Source: Cyanobacteria bacterium P01_D01_bin.156
Lineage (GTDB): Bacteria > Cyanobacteriota > Cyanobacteriia > Phormidesmidales > Phormidesmidaceae
Reading direction: 5' to 3'
Assembly (NCBI GenBank): GCA_039024555.1
Contig: JBCCQQ010000029.1
Location: 8,132 to 72,131 of the forward strand
Length of the DNA: 64,000 bases
Part shown: piece after piece, positions 1-11,021 of the stretch
How the letters are laid out: every line of letters starts with the position of its first letter
Position numbering within the stretch: the first letter of the stretch is position 1
The notes under the pieces: generated by a model
Database searches by the model: none
Told to the model about the DNA's origin: nothing
The model's input: only the letters and a program-made list of their open reading frames with translations
Made by a program: the position numbers and the translations under genes

Positions 1-3000
1 CGGATCTCCTCTCGCCTGGCGATTACTTGCTCGATAGCTTCCCTCGCAAGTCTTGCCCGCTCTTCGGCGATTGCCACTTGGCCCTCTGCATAATAAATAC
101 CTGCTAGGACTGCCGAATACTCTGCATCTAGCTCATCCAGCAGAACCCTTATTTCCTCATTCTTTTCTGCCTCTTCAAAGAATGTCTTGACGGCAGCTTC
201 CAGATTCGTTTGGGCCTGTTGTAAAAGCTGTCCCTCTTTCTGAGTTTCGGCATCAATTTCAGCGAGTTCTGCCTTATAGCGATTTATTTGTTCAACTATG
301 CCGTCAGCAGCGGCAATGATATTCGCTTGAATATTGGCGGCTTCTTCACCTTGTAAAGCTAAGTGGATATCTCCTTTCACCTCAATCAAGAGAGCTTTCA
401 GGTCATCAGGAAGATCCGGCTCTTCAGTTTCCAAAACATCTAGTTGCCCCAGCAAGCTTGCCATCTGAGACTGCATCTGGACAGGGGATTCGACGACATC
501 CAAGTCGGTCATCCCCAGGCTGCCTCGAATTTCGTTGAGCGCTTGTTGTAGGTCTGCCTCTGCCTGAACCTGTTCCAGTTGTTCTATTTGCGCCAGAACA
601 ACTTGGCGTTTACGCTCAATCGCCTGTCTTTCGCGGGCGAGCCAGTTTTCGAGGCTCTGGTCAATACCAGCCTCCCGCTGCTTGGCAATTTCGATCTCTA
701 ACTGGGCCTGAGCCAGATTGAGCTGCTCTAGATTAGCGACCTGGATAAAGGTTTGCTCAGCTTCTACTCGGACTTCTTCAATAACTTTGATGCGAATCTC
801 GATGAGTTCCAGGTCGCGGTTCTTGTGCTCAATCTCTTCCTGAGATTGAGCGATTCGGTTGTTAATCTTGTCGAGTTCTTGCTGGGCAATTTGGGTATCT
901 CGTTGCAGAATTTCAATATTTGCTTCTGCTTGTTCACGCTTATTTCTTAATTTGATAGCCTGAAAATTTTTCTGTATATCCAATACTTCCAGGCGTCTCC
1001 ATTCTTGATAATACTGATCCGCTAATTCTTGATACTCAGGCTTAGCGGTCTTGTTATCACTCGCCAGATCATTAAACTGTCTATAGGCAACTTCGGCAGC
1101 AGAGGCACTATCGATTGCTCTAATTCGATCCAGCCATATTTTCCGCTCGTTTTCAGCTAAATCTTTTGCCTGCTGTAGCAAGTTAGTAATTTCAAACTCT
1201 ATCGTATTAATTTCACGCTGTTTTTCAGTCGCTTGCAACGTCAGGTCTACTTGTTCTTCCGTGGCTTCTCGCAATTCGCGCAGTGTTTGTTGCTGCAGCC
1301 GTGCTTCCTGAATGTGGCGGTCATTTTTAGCCAGCAAGTCTTCTCTCAGGCTCTTCAGTGGTTGAGTCAGTGCCTGACTACTAGCTTCGGCTTGCTCGGC
1401 TAAGCGCTGAGCTTCTGCAAGCGCTTCACGGGTAGCCAGCAACTCGGCTTCAAGGATGCTGGTGTCTTGATCAGGATTAAGAATATAGGCTTGCAGCAGT
1501 TTGGTTTCAGCCGCAACCACGGCATCGCTCGCAGCAACGAGTTCTCGTCTTTGTGCCAGTGAGGCTTGCTGAGCTTCGGTAACATTTAGTTTGCTCACCG
1601 CTAGAGCCAGAGATTGCTGCAATTGTGAAACTTTGGTCTGAAGCTCAGTCAATTCACTAGGAGAGGTGGCCAGAGAAATCTCGTCTTGAGTCGCAGCCAA
1701 TGCTTCCTCAAGACGTTGTTTGATGGTGATTGCCTGCTGTAACTCAGTGTTTATCGAGATACTTTGTCCCTCGATCCAGCGCTCAATTTCAGCCAACATA
1801 CTGCGGTATTGCAGCGCTTGGCGATCAACCTGGCTCCGTTGCTCAACGACTTGTGTAGCAGCTTGGCCAAATGCTTGGGATTGTTCGAGATACGTCTCCC
1901 AGGCTTGCTCGACAGAAGCTTGAACCGATAATGCTTCCTGCTGCGCCTCAAGGGCTTGTTTCTCCAAAGTTTCCAGCAAACTTTGGATCTCTTCTTCAGA
2001 TGACAACTCTAACTCTGTCTTCCTCTTGTTTCGAATATTCTTTAAACGATCTGCAACATCATCAATCTTCTCACTAGCCCGCCGTGCTGCATCATGAGCC
2101 TCTGACCATTGGCCTACAATATCTACAAATTTTGCATAAGTACTTTCTGCAGATTTGAAGGCAAACCTTAAACTCTCAACTTGGTAAGAATGGCTCTTGA
2201 CTTCATTGGACCAATATTTCCAGGTGTCCCAATGAGGATCAGGGATAGGATGCACTTCTGTCGTCCAAGTTATCAATCCGAATGGGCCCTTGACTGGAAC
2301 CCTTTTATTCCAGAAACCATCAACAACATCTGGCGAACTATCATCTGGCCATCCATGTTGGACTCTATAATTTCGACTTGCATGCCAACTAATTCTTTCA
2401 TTTTCTCTTGCTTTATTGAGAGCAAAGATCTCCGCATCCAGATCTATTTTTATAGAGCCAAGTCGTTCTTCAGTATCCTTAAGTGTGTTTTCGAAGGATG
2501 GTAGAAGCTTCGCAATTGAATTTTTGACATTATCGATCCTTAAATTTAGGTCTTGTGTGTAATAGCTTAACTCACTCTCCCAATTTGCTAAGGAATCTTG
2601 ATAATGACTCTTTTTTAAGGAAAGTTGAATCAAGGCAGCCCGATTTCTTTTTATTTCTTGATTGTTTTTTATGTTTCGCGCCTTAATAATGGACTGAATT
2701 GAGAATAAATCCCTTAATCCGTCACGAGTGGTTTTATAGTCTCCAAAAGGACCCGACAAATCACTTTGAATAGTATTGACTAAACTATCTACAGAATCTG
2801 ACTGCTGAGATTGAGCCTCAATTAAATCTTGAGTGATTTGGTAACTCGCCTGTAAGTTTGTAGTCCACTTTGTTACTGCATCAACTAAATCATCAGCCAC
2901 AGAATCATGAAGCTGTGCATAGGACTGAATGGACTTCTCACCCAGAGCTGCATCGGCTTTATCCAATGTGACTAGCTCAGGCCGGGGAGTCAGGAGCTGC

Positions 3001-6000
3001 TTTTCTAAATCACGACGTTCTTGTAAAAATGCAAGAGTGCTCCAGGCATTATTTAGTAATCCCCTTAGGTCTTCTGCAACAGAAATAAACGAACTTTGCC
3101 AGATATCTACATTACTGATGTGTTCTATTAAGAAGTTAAGGTCATTAACACTTTCCTCCAGACCGTTCATTTGTAGAGTCTCAAGGATTTTTAGTAAGTT
3201 ATTCTTGTGAGATTCAATAGATTGATATTGTTGTTGAAGCTCAGCCAAGAAATCTAACACTATTGTTTCAACTTCAGCATAGAAATATTCTGGATTGGAT
3301 TCAGAAGCAGCTAGGCCAAACGCAATTAGTTTTTGAATTGATTCAGCACGAGACTGCATATCATCGTCAAAGTCTGCCCACTTAGCAGATGATTCAATAA
3401 TTCCAGCCTCTAGTTCAGCCAGTTGACTTTCAAGTTGGTCTGAGATTTCAGTCAGATTCTTGTCAAAATCGATTGAAGTATCACTATCTGGAATTTCCTG
3501 TCCCAGATCTTCAAGCTCTTGCCTAATTCGTGCAAGTTGGGACTCCACATCTTGTCTTTGGCTCTCTAAATCATCAATGTCTTCAGTTAATGACTGAATT
3601 TGAGCCCAAAGCTTATTTCTTTGATCGGCAATCAGAGAAGCTTGCTGATAGTTTTCACGCTCCGCAAGTGCCTCAGATTCAGAATAAAAGCCTTCACTCC
3701 AGGTATTGGCTTTATGCTCAAGGGAAAGGTTGTAATAGTAAGCCTGTTCCTCTTTCAGGAGTTCATCCTGTAGGAAAAGTTGATCCAGTAATGAGTTCTG
3801 CTCTGTCAGGTTGTTCTGGATATTAGTCAACTGAGTCTGAGCCGAGACGTAATCTCTTCTGAGAACAGTACTTTCTAGAACTTCCAGGGTTTCCAGAACT
3901 TCTCCTGTCAAGCCTTCCTGCTCTTGTTCTACATTTTCCCACTCTTGAGCCTGCTCCTGATACTGTTGAGCCTCACCCTCAAGCTGAACAAGGAATGCTT
4001 CCCTGTGGTTTAGCTTTTCAGTGAAACCTTCTATCTGTTTAAGATAGCGTTCGGTTAGTTCAATTGATTGATACTTTTCTTGTAAAGCCTTTTCAGTATT
4101 GATTATGGCTTCCTGCAGGCTTTGATGTTCGTCTGGATGCCAGTATTCAATCTCAGGATCAATATCTTTCAGGAGTGGAATAGCCTGATTAAGCTGCGTA
4201 TGCTCATCCCAGAGTTTTTCCAAAAACTGCTTGGCCTCGGTATAAGCCAAATCGGCCATTGTTTGATGCTCAGCAAGTATCTCTCGGTTACCCGAGTAAG
4301 CTTGTTGACCTTCAAGAACTTGGTTGAGATACTCGACATACTGCTGAGCAGGCAAATCATCCGAGCTATCAGGCCACTGATACCCCTCTAATTGGTAAAT
4401 AAATTTGTTAATGGCCTGTAGCTGTTCCTGACTCAGAAAAGCCTCGCTACTGCTGGATTGCTGATAGGTTTGAATGTCTTCAATTAGCGCCTCGATAGTA
4501 TCAGTGGATAGTCCCGAAGCGCTAATAGTGCTGAGATTCGCGTGACCAGAAATTAGTTCTTTTTGGAGTTTTTCCTGTCGGGTTACATTATCTGGATCAA
4601 CCTGTTCTAAACGTTGGTTGAGATATTCAATTTGTCCTTCAATCGCTTCAATTCGCTCTCGATAGGGAATCGCAAATCCCGCAATTTCTAGTAACTCCCG
4701 TAAGCGTGCTTGAGCATCATCTTGAGCGAGATGAATTGCTTTCAATTCATTAGGGATACCTCGAGCCTGAGCATTAATAAGTCCGATCTCTTCCTCAGCA
4801 GAATTTATCTTGCTATTGATCTCATCTATTTGATGCTGCTTTTGGCTGACTTTAAGATTTATTAATTCAAGATCCTGTGCCCTCTCAAGTTCACTTAGAT
4901 TCAACCAATCATCAATTGCTAAACGCTCTAATTCATGAGAATCTAGCTCTCTCTTTATTCCTAAACCTTTCGGTGAATCCCATCTATAATCACCCAGTCT
5001 TTGTTGTGTATTAATAATTAAAGTTTCTAATTCGGTAATTCTTTCTATATTCCTTTCTCTTTTTTTTGCATCAGCCTCAAAAGGATTGGGTGTTTGTCGA
5101 AATTCTTTATCTTCAATATATTTCTCTAAATCATCTATTAAGGTTTGCTTATGGGTCTCAAGTACAAACCTCTTGTTTAACTTAACTTGAGTTTCCTGCT
5201 CTAAAAGAGCCAGGTTATTCTCCAGCTGCTGCTCTTGAATAGCAAGGCCCTCAACCTCGGTCTTGAGCTCCTGGTATTCATTCAAGACTTCAAAAGCATA
5301 CTGCCCTACTGAAAAGTCTCTGGTTTCGTCAACCCCAAGAAGCTGCTGCCATAGATCATCATTCGCCTTATCAGAAACCTCCAGTAGGGGTGAGCTTACA
5401 TCCTGAGGATCTGAGGCGGGTCTCGCCAGAGTTGTAACTCTGCCTTCGCCACTAAAGGAATCTACTGGAGCAGCGTTAGGAACGGTGAGCTCAGTGCCTT
5501 CCGTCTGCTGAGCCAAGATAATAGCCTCAGCAACATCCAATAAACCGGCACCCGTCGCCGGATCCCAACCCGGTTCAGCCAAATCATCCGCCGCTTTTAG
5601 CAGGATCTCCTTCACCTGCTGGTAATTCAGTTCTGGATTCGCCTTCCATAAGAGTGAGACCGCCGCCGTCACATAGGCGGTTGCTTTTGAGGTGCCGACA
5701 AACGCATTCGGATCCGTTTCCCACTCTCCCCCAGGGGCGACTAGAGACAGTCCCTCACCTTGAGCTGAGTAATCGGCTTTCTCTTGCCAGCGGTCAACTG
5801 CACCCACCACCAAGATGTTGTCAAATTTCTGGGCTACAGCTCCTAAGGCTGACATTAAGTCGCCTGTATTGCCTGCTGCAGTCACTAACAAAACATTGTT
5901 TTCCTGAGCATATTGAATGGCCTGCTGCTCAGCAGGGGTCAACTCATACCGAGTCGTTGTATGCTCCAGGTTATCAAATTGAGCCAGGTCAAGGCCCAGG

Positions 6001-7664
6001 TTCACGACTGCGTTAGGGGTTTCAGACGAGATCGCCTGATCGACTAATTCTGTAAGTTTCTCCGCCCAGTCTGCTCCGTCGGTGTATTTGACCGTATAGG
6101 CATCATCATCTAGCTGGTGAATGGCATTAAAGGTCTGCAGTGTTTTGCGATCATGGCCCTGTTGCGCAAACTCAATGAAGCCAATCAGGGGCAACAAGCC
6201 TTGGTAGGGCGGTAGTTCTGCCAGGTCATGCGCCTCGACTAAAAGCTTCTCCCAAGCGGAAGACCCGGCTTTCTTTAGGGCTTCATACAAAGAATCAGGC
6301 AGTCCCAATTCCTGGCCTATCATCTCACTGTGAATAAGTTGATAGGCTGCGTCGACCTGGGGCTGATCAATACCTAAAGCCAGCAAGGTATCTGGTTGCA
6401 CTAAGAACTTGAAGGCTCGAGGCTGCTTTTCGATGAGGCTGTCGAGTGTATCAACCAGATTGGTTAAACCTTCAGACGATCCAGCATTAGTATCTTTTGC
6501 TAATGTTTCCAAGACTTCTTTAACCTCTATTAACAATTTATCAATTGCCTCAGTGGTTTCAGAGTCGGGCACATCCAAGATCAGGATAGGACGCTGAATG
6601 ATGCTTTCACCATTACCGTTGGTTGCTCGAATCGCAATTTGCTCAATGTCGATCTCAGCTGAGGTCGGTTCTACCAATAGAGTCTGTCCCTCAAGACTGA
6701 GATTTAGCTCCGGACTCCCAGCATCAACCACCTCATAAGTCCACTCTCCGCTCTTTGGAAGGGTTACAAAGAGTTGTTCGATCTCGATTTCTGTTGCTCC
6801 GCTTGGATCGAGCATCACGATTAGCTCATCTGGTTCTACGAAGGACTGAGCATATTCGATAATTTCCTGGCCAATGACTGTTTCTCGCCAGTCATCATCA
6901 GGGTTAATGTATTCGTCTAGGCTCTCCGTTTGACCTCTAGCACCTTCAATCCTGAAAACTAGATCGTTATAGTCTTCATCTGAGCCGGTATCGATTCTTA
7001 GATCTTCAAATGTAAAGGTATTGCCATCCCCTGTAACATCTAGGAGTTGCTTTACATGAAAGTGATCCTCGGGATTAGCTGTGGCCATTGAGAACAAAGG
7101 GCGTGCTGCTCCTTCAACCTCAGGATTATCCAAGACCTCTTGAAATCTACCGTTAGGTACCAACATGAGACCGAAGCGATCCCCTGGCTTCATCTTGACA
7201 GGCTTTGGACCAAGGTAATCTCCAGCATTGAAATCGCCTTCATGGTTAAAGCTGCTACTGAATTTAGCTCCTTCTGAGGGATCAGAGATAACAATATGCC
7301 CCAGATCTGTACCACTGCTTACTCGTTGGGCGGCCTCTTGAATAAAGTCAGTTGAGTTGGGATCAAAGGTATCCATGCCTTCAAGGCTAAAAATTCCTAG
7401 CTCGCCTTTGTATCCCCCCCCATCAAATAGAAAGTCAAACTTGACTTCACCATTGCCTGTAACTTGGAAGATCCCTGACTCAAAAGCTTCAAGACTTTCC
7501 GTGATGGGTGGGGCACTTGAGATCGCAGAAAGTAGCCCATCATCATTGAAAGCGACATCAGAATCTTGGTTTGTTTGTTCCAGGTCAACCAAGCTGCTTA
7601 ATGTCAGGATTTCTTCAAGGATGAAAGTCTGATGGTTTGGATTGAATGAAGATGAGTCAGTCAT
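1..7664 (-). CDS. Giant (>2550 aa, 3'-partial) protein: N-terminal DUF4114-like domain, S8 subtilase-like domain, very long coiled coil
   Basis: Not in the ORF track, consistent with no stop inside the window. ATG at 7664 follows AGGAAG. Segments translated by hand: MTDSSSFNPNHQTFILEEILT...FDFLFDGGGYKGELGIFSLEG...FEDLRIDTGSDEDYNDLVFRIEG (DUF4114-like); AAGNTG...VVGAVD...GTSKATAYVTAAVSLLWKANPEL...GAGLLD (S8 motifs, ~5500-6200). The same frame still reads ERARLAREAIEQVIARREEI at the left edge. Confidence 0.85.
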   Translation of the reverse strand, partial: MTDSSSFNPNHQTFILEEILTLSSLVDLEQTNQDSDVAFNDDGLLSAISSAPPITESLEAFESGIFQVTGNGEVKFDFLFDGGGYKGELGIFSLEGMDTFDPNSTDFIQEAAQRVSSGTDLGHIVISDPSEGAKFSSSFNHEGDFNAGDYLGPKPVKMKPGDRFGLMLVPNGRFQEVLDNPEVEGAARPLFSMATANPEDHFHVKQLLDVTGDGNTFTFEDLRIDTGSDEDYNDLVFRIEGARGQTESLDEYINPDDDWRETVIGQEIIEYAQSFVEPDELIVMLDPSGATEIEIEQLFVTLPKSGEWTYEVVDAGSPELNLSLEGQTLLVEPTSAEIDIEQIAIRATNGNGESIIQRPILILDVPDSETTEAIDKLLIEVKEVLETLAKDTNAGSSEGLTNLVDTLDSLIEKQPRAFKFLVQPDTLLALGIDQPQVDAAYQLIHSEMIGQELGLPDSLYEALKKAGSSAWEKLLVEAHDLAELPPYQGLLPLIGFIEFAQQGHDRKTLQTFNAIHQLDDDAYTVKYTDGADWAEKLTELVDQAISSETPNAVVNLGLDLAQFDNLEHTTTRYELTPAEQQAIQYAQENNVLLVTAAGNTGDLMSALGAVAQKFDNILVVGAVDRWQEKADYSAQGEGLSLVAPGGEWETDPNAFVGTSKATAYVTAAVSLLWKANPELNYQQVKEILLKAADDLAEPGWDPATGAGLLDVAEAIILAQQTEGTELTVPNAAPVDSFSGEGRVTTLARPASDPQDVSSPLLEVSDKANDDLWQQLLGVDETRDFSVGQYAFEVLNEYQELKTEVEGLAIQEQQLENNLALLEQETQVKLNKRFVLETHKQTLIDDLEKYIEDKEFRQTPNPFEADAKKRERNIERITELETLIINTQQRLGDYRWDSPKGLGIKRELDSHELERLAIDDWLNLSELERAQDLELINLKVSQKQHQIDEINSKINSAEEEIGLINAQARGIPNELKAIHLAQDDAQARLRELLEIAGFAIPYRERIEAIEGQIEYLNQRLEQVDPDNVTRQEKLQKELISGHANLSTISASGLSTDTIEALIEDIQTYQQSSSSEAFLSQEQLQAINKFIYQLEGYQWPDSSDDLPAQQYVEYLNQVLEGQQAYSGNREILAEHQTMADLAYTEAKQFLEKLWDEHTQLNQAIPLLKDIDPEIEYWHPDEHQSLQEAIINTEKALQEKYQSIELTERYLKQIEGFTEKLNHREAFLVQLEGEAQQYQEQAQEWENVEQEQEGLTGEVLETLEVLESTVLRRDYVSAQTQLTNIQNNLTEQNSLLDQLFLQDELLKEEQAYYYNLSLEHKANTWSEGFYSESEALAERENYQQASLIADQRNKLWAQIQSLTEDIDDLESQRQDVESQLARIRQELEDLGQEIPDSDTSIDFDKNLTEISDQLESQLAELEAGIIESSAKWADFDDDMQSRAESIQKLIAFGLAASESNPEYFYAEVETIVLDFLAELQQQYQSIESHKNNLLKILETLQMNGLEESVNDLNFLIEHISNVDIWQSSFISVAEDLRGLLNNAWSTLAFLQERRDLEKQLLTPRPELVTLDKADAALGEKSIQSYAQLHDSVADDLVDAVTKWTTNLQASYQITQDLIEAQSQQSDSVDSLVNTIQSDLSGPFGDYKTTRDGLRDLFSIQSIIKARNIKNNQEIKRNRAALIQLSLKKSHYQDSLANWESELSYYTQDLNLRIDNVKNSIAKLLPSFENTLKDTEERLGSIKIDLDAEIFALNKARENERISWHASRNYRVQHGWPDDSSPDVVDGFWNKRVPVKGPFGLITWTTEVHPIPDPHWDTWKYWSNEVKSHSYQVESLRFAFKSAESTYAKFVDIVGQWSEAHDAARRASEKIDDVADRLKNIRNKRKTELELSSEEEIQSLLETLEKQALEAQQEALSVQASVEQAWETYLEQSQAFGQAATQVVEQRSQVDRQALQYRSMLAEIERWIEGQSISINTELQQAITIKQRLEEALAATQDEISLATSPSELTELQTKVSQLQQSLALAVSKLNVTEAQQASLAQRRELVAASDAVVAAETKLLQAYILNPDQDTSILEAELLATREALAEAQRLAEQAEASSQALTQPLKSLREDLLAKNDRHIQEARLQQQTLRELREATEEQVDLTLQATEKQREINTIEFEITNLLQQAKDLAENERKIWLDRIRAIDSASAAEVAYRQFNDLASDNKTAKPEYQELADQYYQEWRRLEVLDIQKNFQAIKLRNKREQAEANIEILQRDTQIAQQELDKINNRIAQSQEEIEHKNRDLELIEIRIKVIEEVRVEAEQTFIQVANLEQLNLAQAQLEIEIAKQREAGIDQSLENWLARERQAIERKRQVVLAQIEQLEQVQAEADLQQALNEIRGSLGMTDLDVVESPVQMQSQMASLLGQLDVLETEEPDLPDDLKALLIEVKGDIHLALQGEEAANIQANIIAAADGIVEQINRYKAELAEIDAETQKEGQLLQQAQTNLEAAVKTFFEEAEKNEEIRVLLDELDAEYSAVLAGIYYAEGQVAIAEERARLAREAIEQVIARREEI

Positions 7665-8432
7665 CTGGGGGGCTTCCTACAATGGCTAAAGAGCAATACA
7701 AGTTGCTAGACAAAACCGACATCAACTATTTGGGCACTAACTCGGTAATCTATGTACCCATCTAAAACACAAGATTGTTAGTTGTTAGGACTAGAACCCT
7801 ATCTGAGTCGAAAACTGAAAATGCTTGAATAGAAACCCTACAGTTTCAAAGTTAGACGAGAATTGAATCGCTGCAGCAATGTTTGAATTCTTCATGCTCT
7901 TCAAGCTTCAACTAGAGAATTCCGAAAAATCAATTGAGACGAGGTTCTATAATCTTGTCGGATAAGTTTAAGTAGAAGATATTCGACTCACATTGAAATC
8001 AGACAGAGAGTGAGAAAAAGCTGATTTTGTGTGAGCGCTTTCAAAGTGTTCCAAGCACGTGTCAGCCATACCAAAAGTTTAGTCAAAGAATATCAGACAG
8101 TCTGGAAAAACTACGCGAGGATATTGCTAGACGAAACCATAAAAAAATCAGCATCAGACTTCAGGAATAATCTATCGATGATTTGAAGAACTTTGATGTG
8201 TAGTGCACCCAAAAGCAGATGAGCCTATGGCAAATTCCTAACCTTATTGGAAGATACAACCGCTAGAAACTTGAGAGCACGTAAAAACCCTCTAAAAATT
8301 AACTTGGGATGCTGCCCCAACACAAACTATCTTTTGGATGGCTACATTCCTTGCCATATGGAATTTCTAGAATGTTAAGGAGATATCCTAGGTTGGGGAA
8401 GTTACAAACTGTATTGTTAATTTGCGTAAACC

Positions 8433-11021
8433 ATGGGTAGAGCAAGCTATGGGCCAGTTGCCCAACGAAGGACGCTGGAAGTTCTAAAGTTGTTGTTAAA
8501 GATTGCGAACTTAGAGGTTGACTTACCCGACCATGTGGCGATCGACTATCGTTGGTCTGATAAAAGTAACCGCCTGAGTTCTCTAACTATCAAAACTACC
8601 TTATCTGATTTATTGAAGATTGATCAGACTCAGGCTAAGACAACTAAACAGACAACGGAAAGCTTGCGGACAGCATTGAAAGCCTTGAGAGACTATTTGG
8701 AGATTCTGACTGATCATCGAATCAACCCTCGAGGGACTACGACTTGGTATTTTACTCTGGATTTATGGTCTCGTTGTACAGAGCTCAATCTGAAACAAGC
8801 AGAAAGACTCTGGCAGCAAAAGCGTTCTTCAGAGTCTGTATCTCCTGTTCAAGATTCTTTGTCTATATCGCATCAAGATGTACCGGCATTGGATCTCTCC
8901 TGCTTTTCGAAGATTTTGGAGGATTATGCCCAGTGGTATAGACAGAGTTATGGAGTTATCAAAATTTTGCCAGGACTTATGCAGAGACCGATCTCCTTAG
9001 ATGCTGTCTATGTGGATGTCAAAGTTTTAGATCAGCAAAGTAAGCGGCTTCTTTCCCCTAACGCCCTTGAAACCTTTTATCAAAAGTTCCAGAGCCGCAG
9101 TTTATTTGGAAGTGAGTTACTTCGTCGAGACGGACTTGTCGTAGCTCGAGAATGTCCATACCTGATGGTGTTGGGTTCTCCAGGTATAGGAAAATCTATC
9201 TTTCTAAAAAAGCTTGGCTTACACGCTTTTGCAGATAATGACTCTGCCAAGGATAAACAGATTCCTATCTTGATTGAACTTAATCGATTGGAGCAGTCTC
9301 AATTTAATTTGAAAAACATAATTCATCAAGTTTTATTCAAACAGAAACATCCTAATAGTAGAGCTTACGTAGAACATTATTTGCGCCAGGGAAGTTTTCT
9401 TTTGCTTCTAGATGGCTTAGACGAAGTATCTGAAACTCAGCGAGGCATTCTGGTTCAACATGTTCAGGAATTTATTGAGAACTTTCCCAAAAATCAAGTT
9501 GTTATCTCTTGTCGAACAGCTGCTCACTATTTTAGTTTTACGCAATTTGTAGATGTGGTAGTAGCTGAGTTTAGTGATGCTCAGGTTCGTTCTTTTTTGG
9601 ATAATTGGTTTGAGGCACACACCAATTATGCTACTAAACAAGCTGTGTTTCTCTGGGACTTTATCAATCAGCGAAATAATGCTCCTCTTAAAGAGTTAGC
9701 CCGTACTCCCTTGCTGCTGACTTACCTCTGTTTAGTGTTTGAATCAGTTGCAGAGTGTCCAGCCACACGCAACTTGTTATACGCTCAAGTGTTAAATCTA
9801 TTTCTAAAAGACTGGGAACAGCAGAAAAATCTTTCTGTGGCCGAGCACCCTCAGTTACCGCTTTATCTCCAAAAACAGCTACTTTCAGAAATTGCTTATG
9901 AAACATTTAAGGCTGAACAATTATTTATTCCTCAAACGTATTTACGACAAAAAGTATTGACATTTCTCAAAGACCATATATCAGCCAATTCTGATATTGA
10001 TCCAGATAGTTTTTTGCAGCACCTTGCAACGAGACAAGGGTTACTAGCAGAGCGCTTTCAAGATCGCTGGTCTTTTTCGCATTTAACCTTGCAGGAATAC
10101 CTTGTCGCTCAATTTATCATTCATAATGCACAAACTGATTTTTTACTGAATGAGTTTCTGACAAGTCCACGTTGGCGAGAAGTGGTGATTTCAACTGCTG
10201 AGTCTCTTGACGGAGAGGCCTATAGTTACTTGGTGGCTATTCAAGCTCAGGCTAACAGATTTATCAGTGAAAATCTGAAATTGAAAAAGATTCTTAGTTG
10301 GTCTCAAAACAGTCTTAAAGCTTCATCAAGTTTTGCCTTGACGTTATCCGAACGGGCGAGTTTGATTGCGGCTTTTAGCGCAATTGCTGCTTCCAGAGCT
10401 AGTGACTTTGATATTGATAACTCAGTTGGTTACAAGATCGCCTTTGCTCTGGTGACAGGTTGTGAAAGTGCTGTCGCGATCGCACAAGAGGGCTCAGCGA
10501 TATATCAGGCTGCTGTCACTAGCTCTGTAACTATTGCTGCCGCTCGGGCGAGTGCTGCTGATGAAGCACGGGCAATCAATATCGACTATGTGATTCGAGG
10601 AGCTCAAGACTTAATTGATGATGTTAGTAACGAATCAGGCATTTTACGTGAATATGATCGAGCTCGGATTGTTCGCCGAGGCATCGGATTTTCTTCCCAA
10701 ATCGCGAATATTGCTAAACAAGCACCCTCTAGTTTTTCTGAAATATTGACTGAGTTAGACCGTCAACTAACTAACGCTTTGGAGACGGTGCCAGATGAAA
10801 CAGCCAATGTGCAAACTTGGCGAGAATGGTCAGAGCGCCTGGAGAAAAGTTGGATCCAAGCTTTTAGGTGCTCGAAGGATTTAATGACCCTGACATTGGC
10901 GGAAGCAGAAGCTTTTGAAAAGTATTTATATCTCATTGAGTTACTAATTCACTGTATAGATTCAGCTTGGCAAGTTCCGGAAAGCAAGCGTCAGACCTTA
11001 AAGCAGGGATTGCTAGTCTGA
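8433..11021 (+). CDS. NACHT-family (STAND) NTPase with N-terminal putative wHTH-like domain and C-terminal helical domain
   Basis: Walker A GSPGIGKS, Walker B LLLLDGLDEV, SCR, TPLLL and FSHLTLQEYL motifs typical of NACHT proteins. Confidence 0.85.
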   Translation: MGRASYGPVAQRRTLEVLKLLLKIANLEVDLPDHVAIDYRWSDKSNRLSSLTIKTTLSDLLKIDQTQAKTTKQTTESLRTALKALRDYLEILTDHRINPRGTTTWYFTLDLWSRCTELNLKQAERLWQQKRSSESVSPVQDSLSISHQDVPALDLSCFSKILEDYAQWYRQSYGVIKILPGLMQRPISLDAVYVDVKVLDQQSKRLLSPNALETFYQKFQSRSLFGSELLRRDGLVVARECPYLMVLGSPGIGKSIFLKKLGLHAFADNDSAKDKQIPILIELNRLEQSQFNLKNIIHQVLFKQKHPNSRAYVEHYLRQGSFLLLLDGLDEVSETQRGILVQHVQEFIENFPKNQVVISCRTAAHYFSFTQFVDVVVAEFSDAQVRSFLDNWFEAHTNYATKQAVFLWDFINQRNNAPLKELARTPLLLTYLCLVFESVAECPATRNLLYAQVLNLFLKDWEQQKNLSVAEHPQLPLYLQKQLLSEIAYETFKAEQLFIPQTYLRQKVLTFLKDHISANSDIDPDSFLQHLATRQGLLAERFQDRWSFSHLTLQEYLVAQFIIHNAQTDFLLNEFLTSPRWREVVISTAESLDGEAYSYLVAIQAQANRFISENLKLKKILSWSQNSLKASSSFALTLSERASLIAAFSAIAASRASDFDIDNSVGYKIAFALVTGCESAVAIAQEGSAIYQAAVTSSVTIAAARASAADEARAINIDYVIRGAQDLIDDVSNESGILREYDRARIVRRGIGFSSQIANIAKQAPSSFSEILTELDRQLTNALETVPDETANVQTWREWSERLEKSWIQAFRCSKDLMTLTLAEAEAFEKYLYLIELLIHCIDSAWQVPESKRQTLKQGLLV

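Noticed and set aside
753..7632. Many short ORFs in the track across 0.7-7.6 kb
   Set aside because: They are antisense or off-frame shadows of the giant minus-strand ORF.
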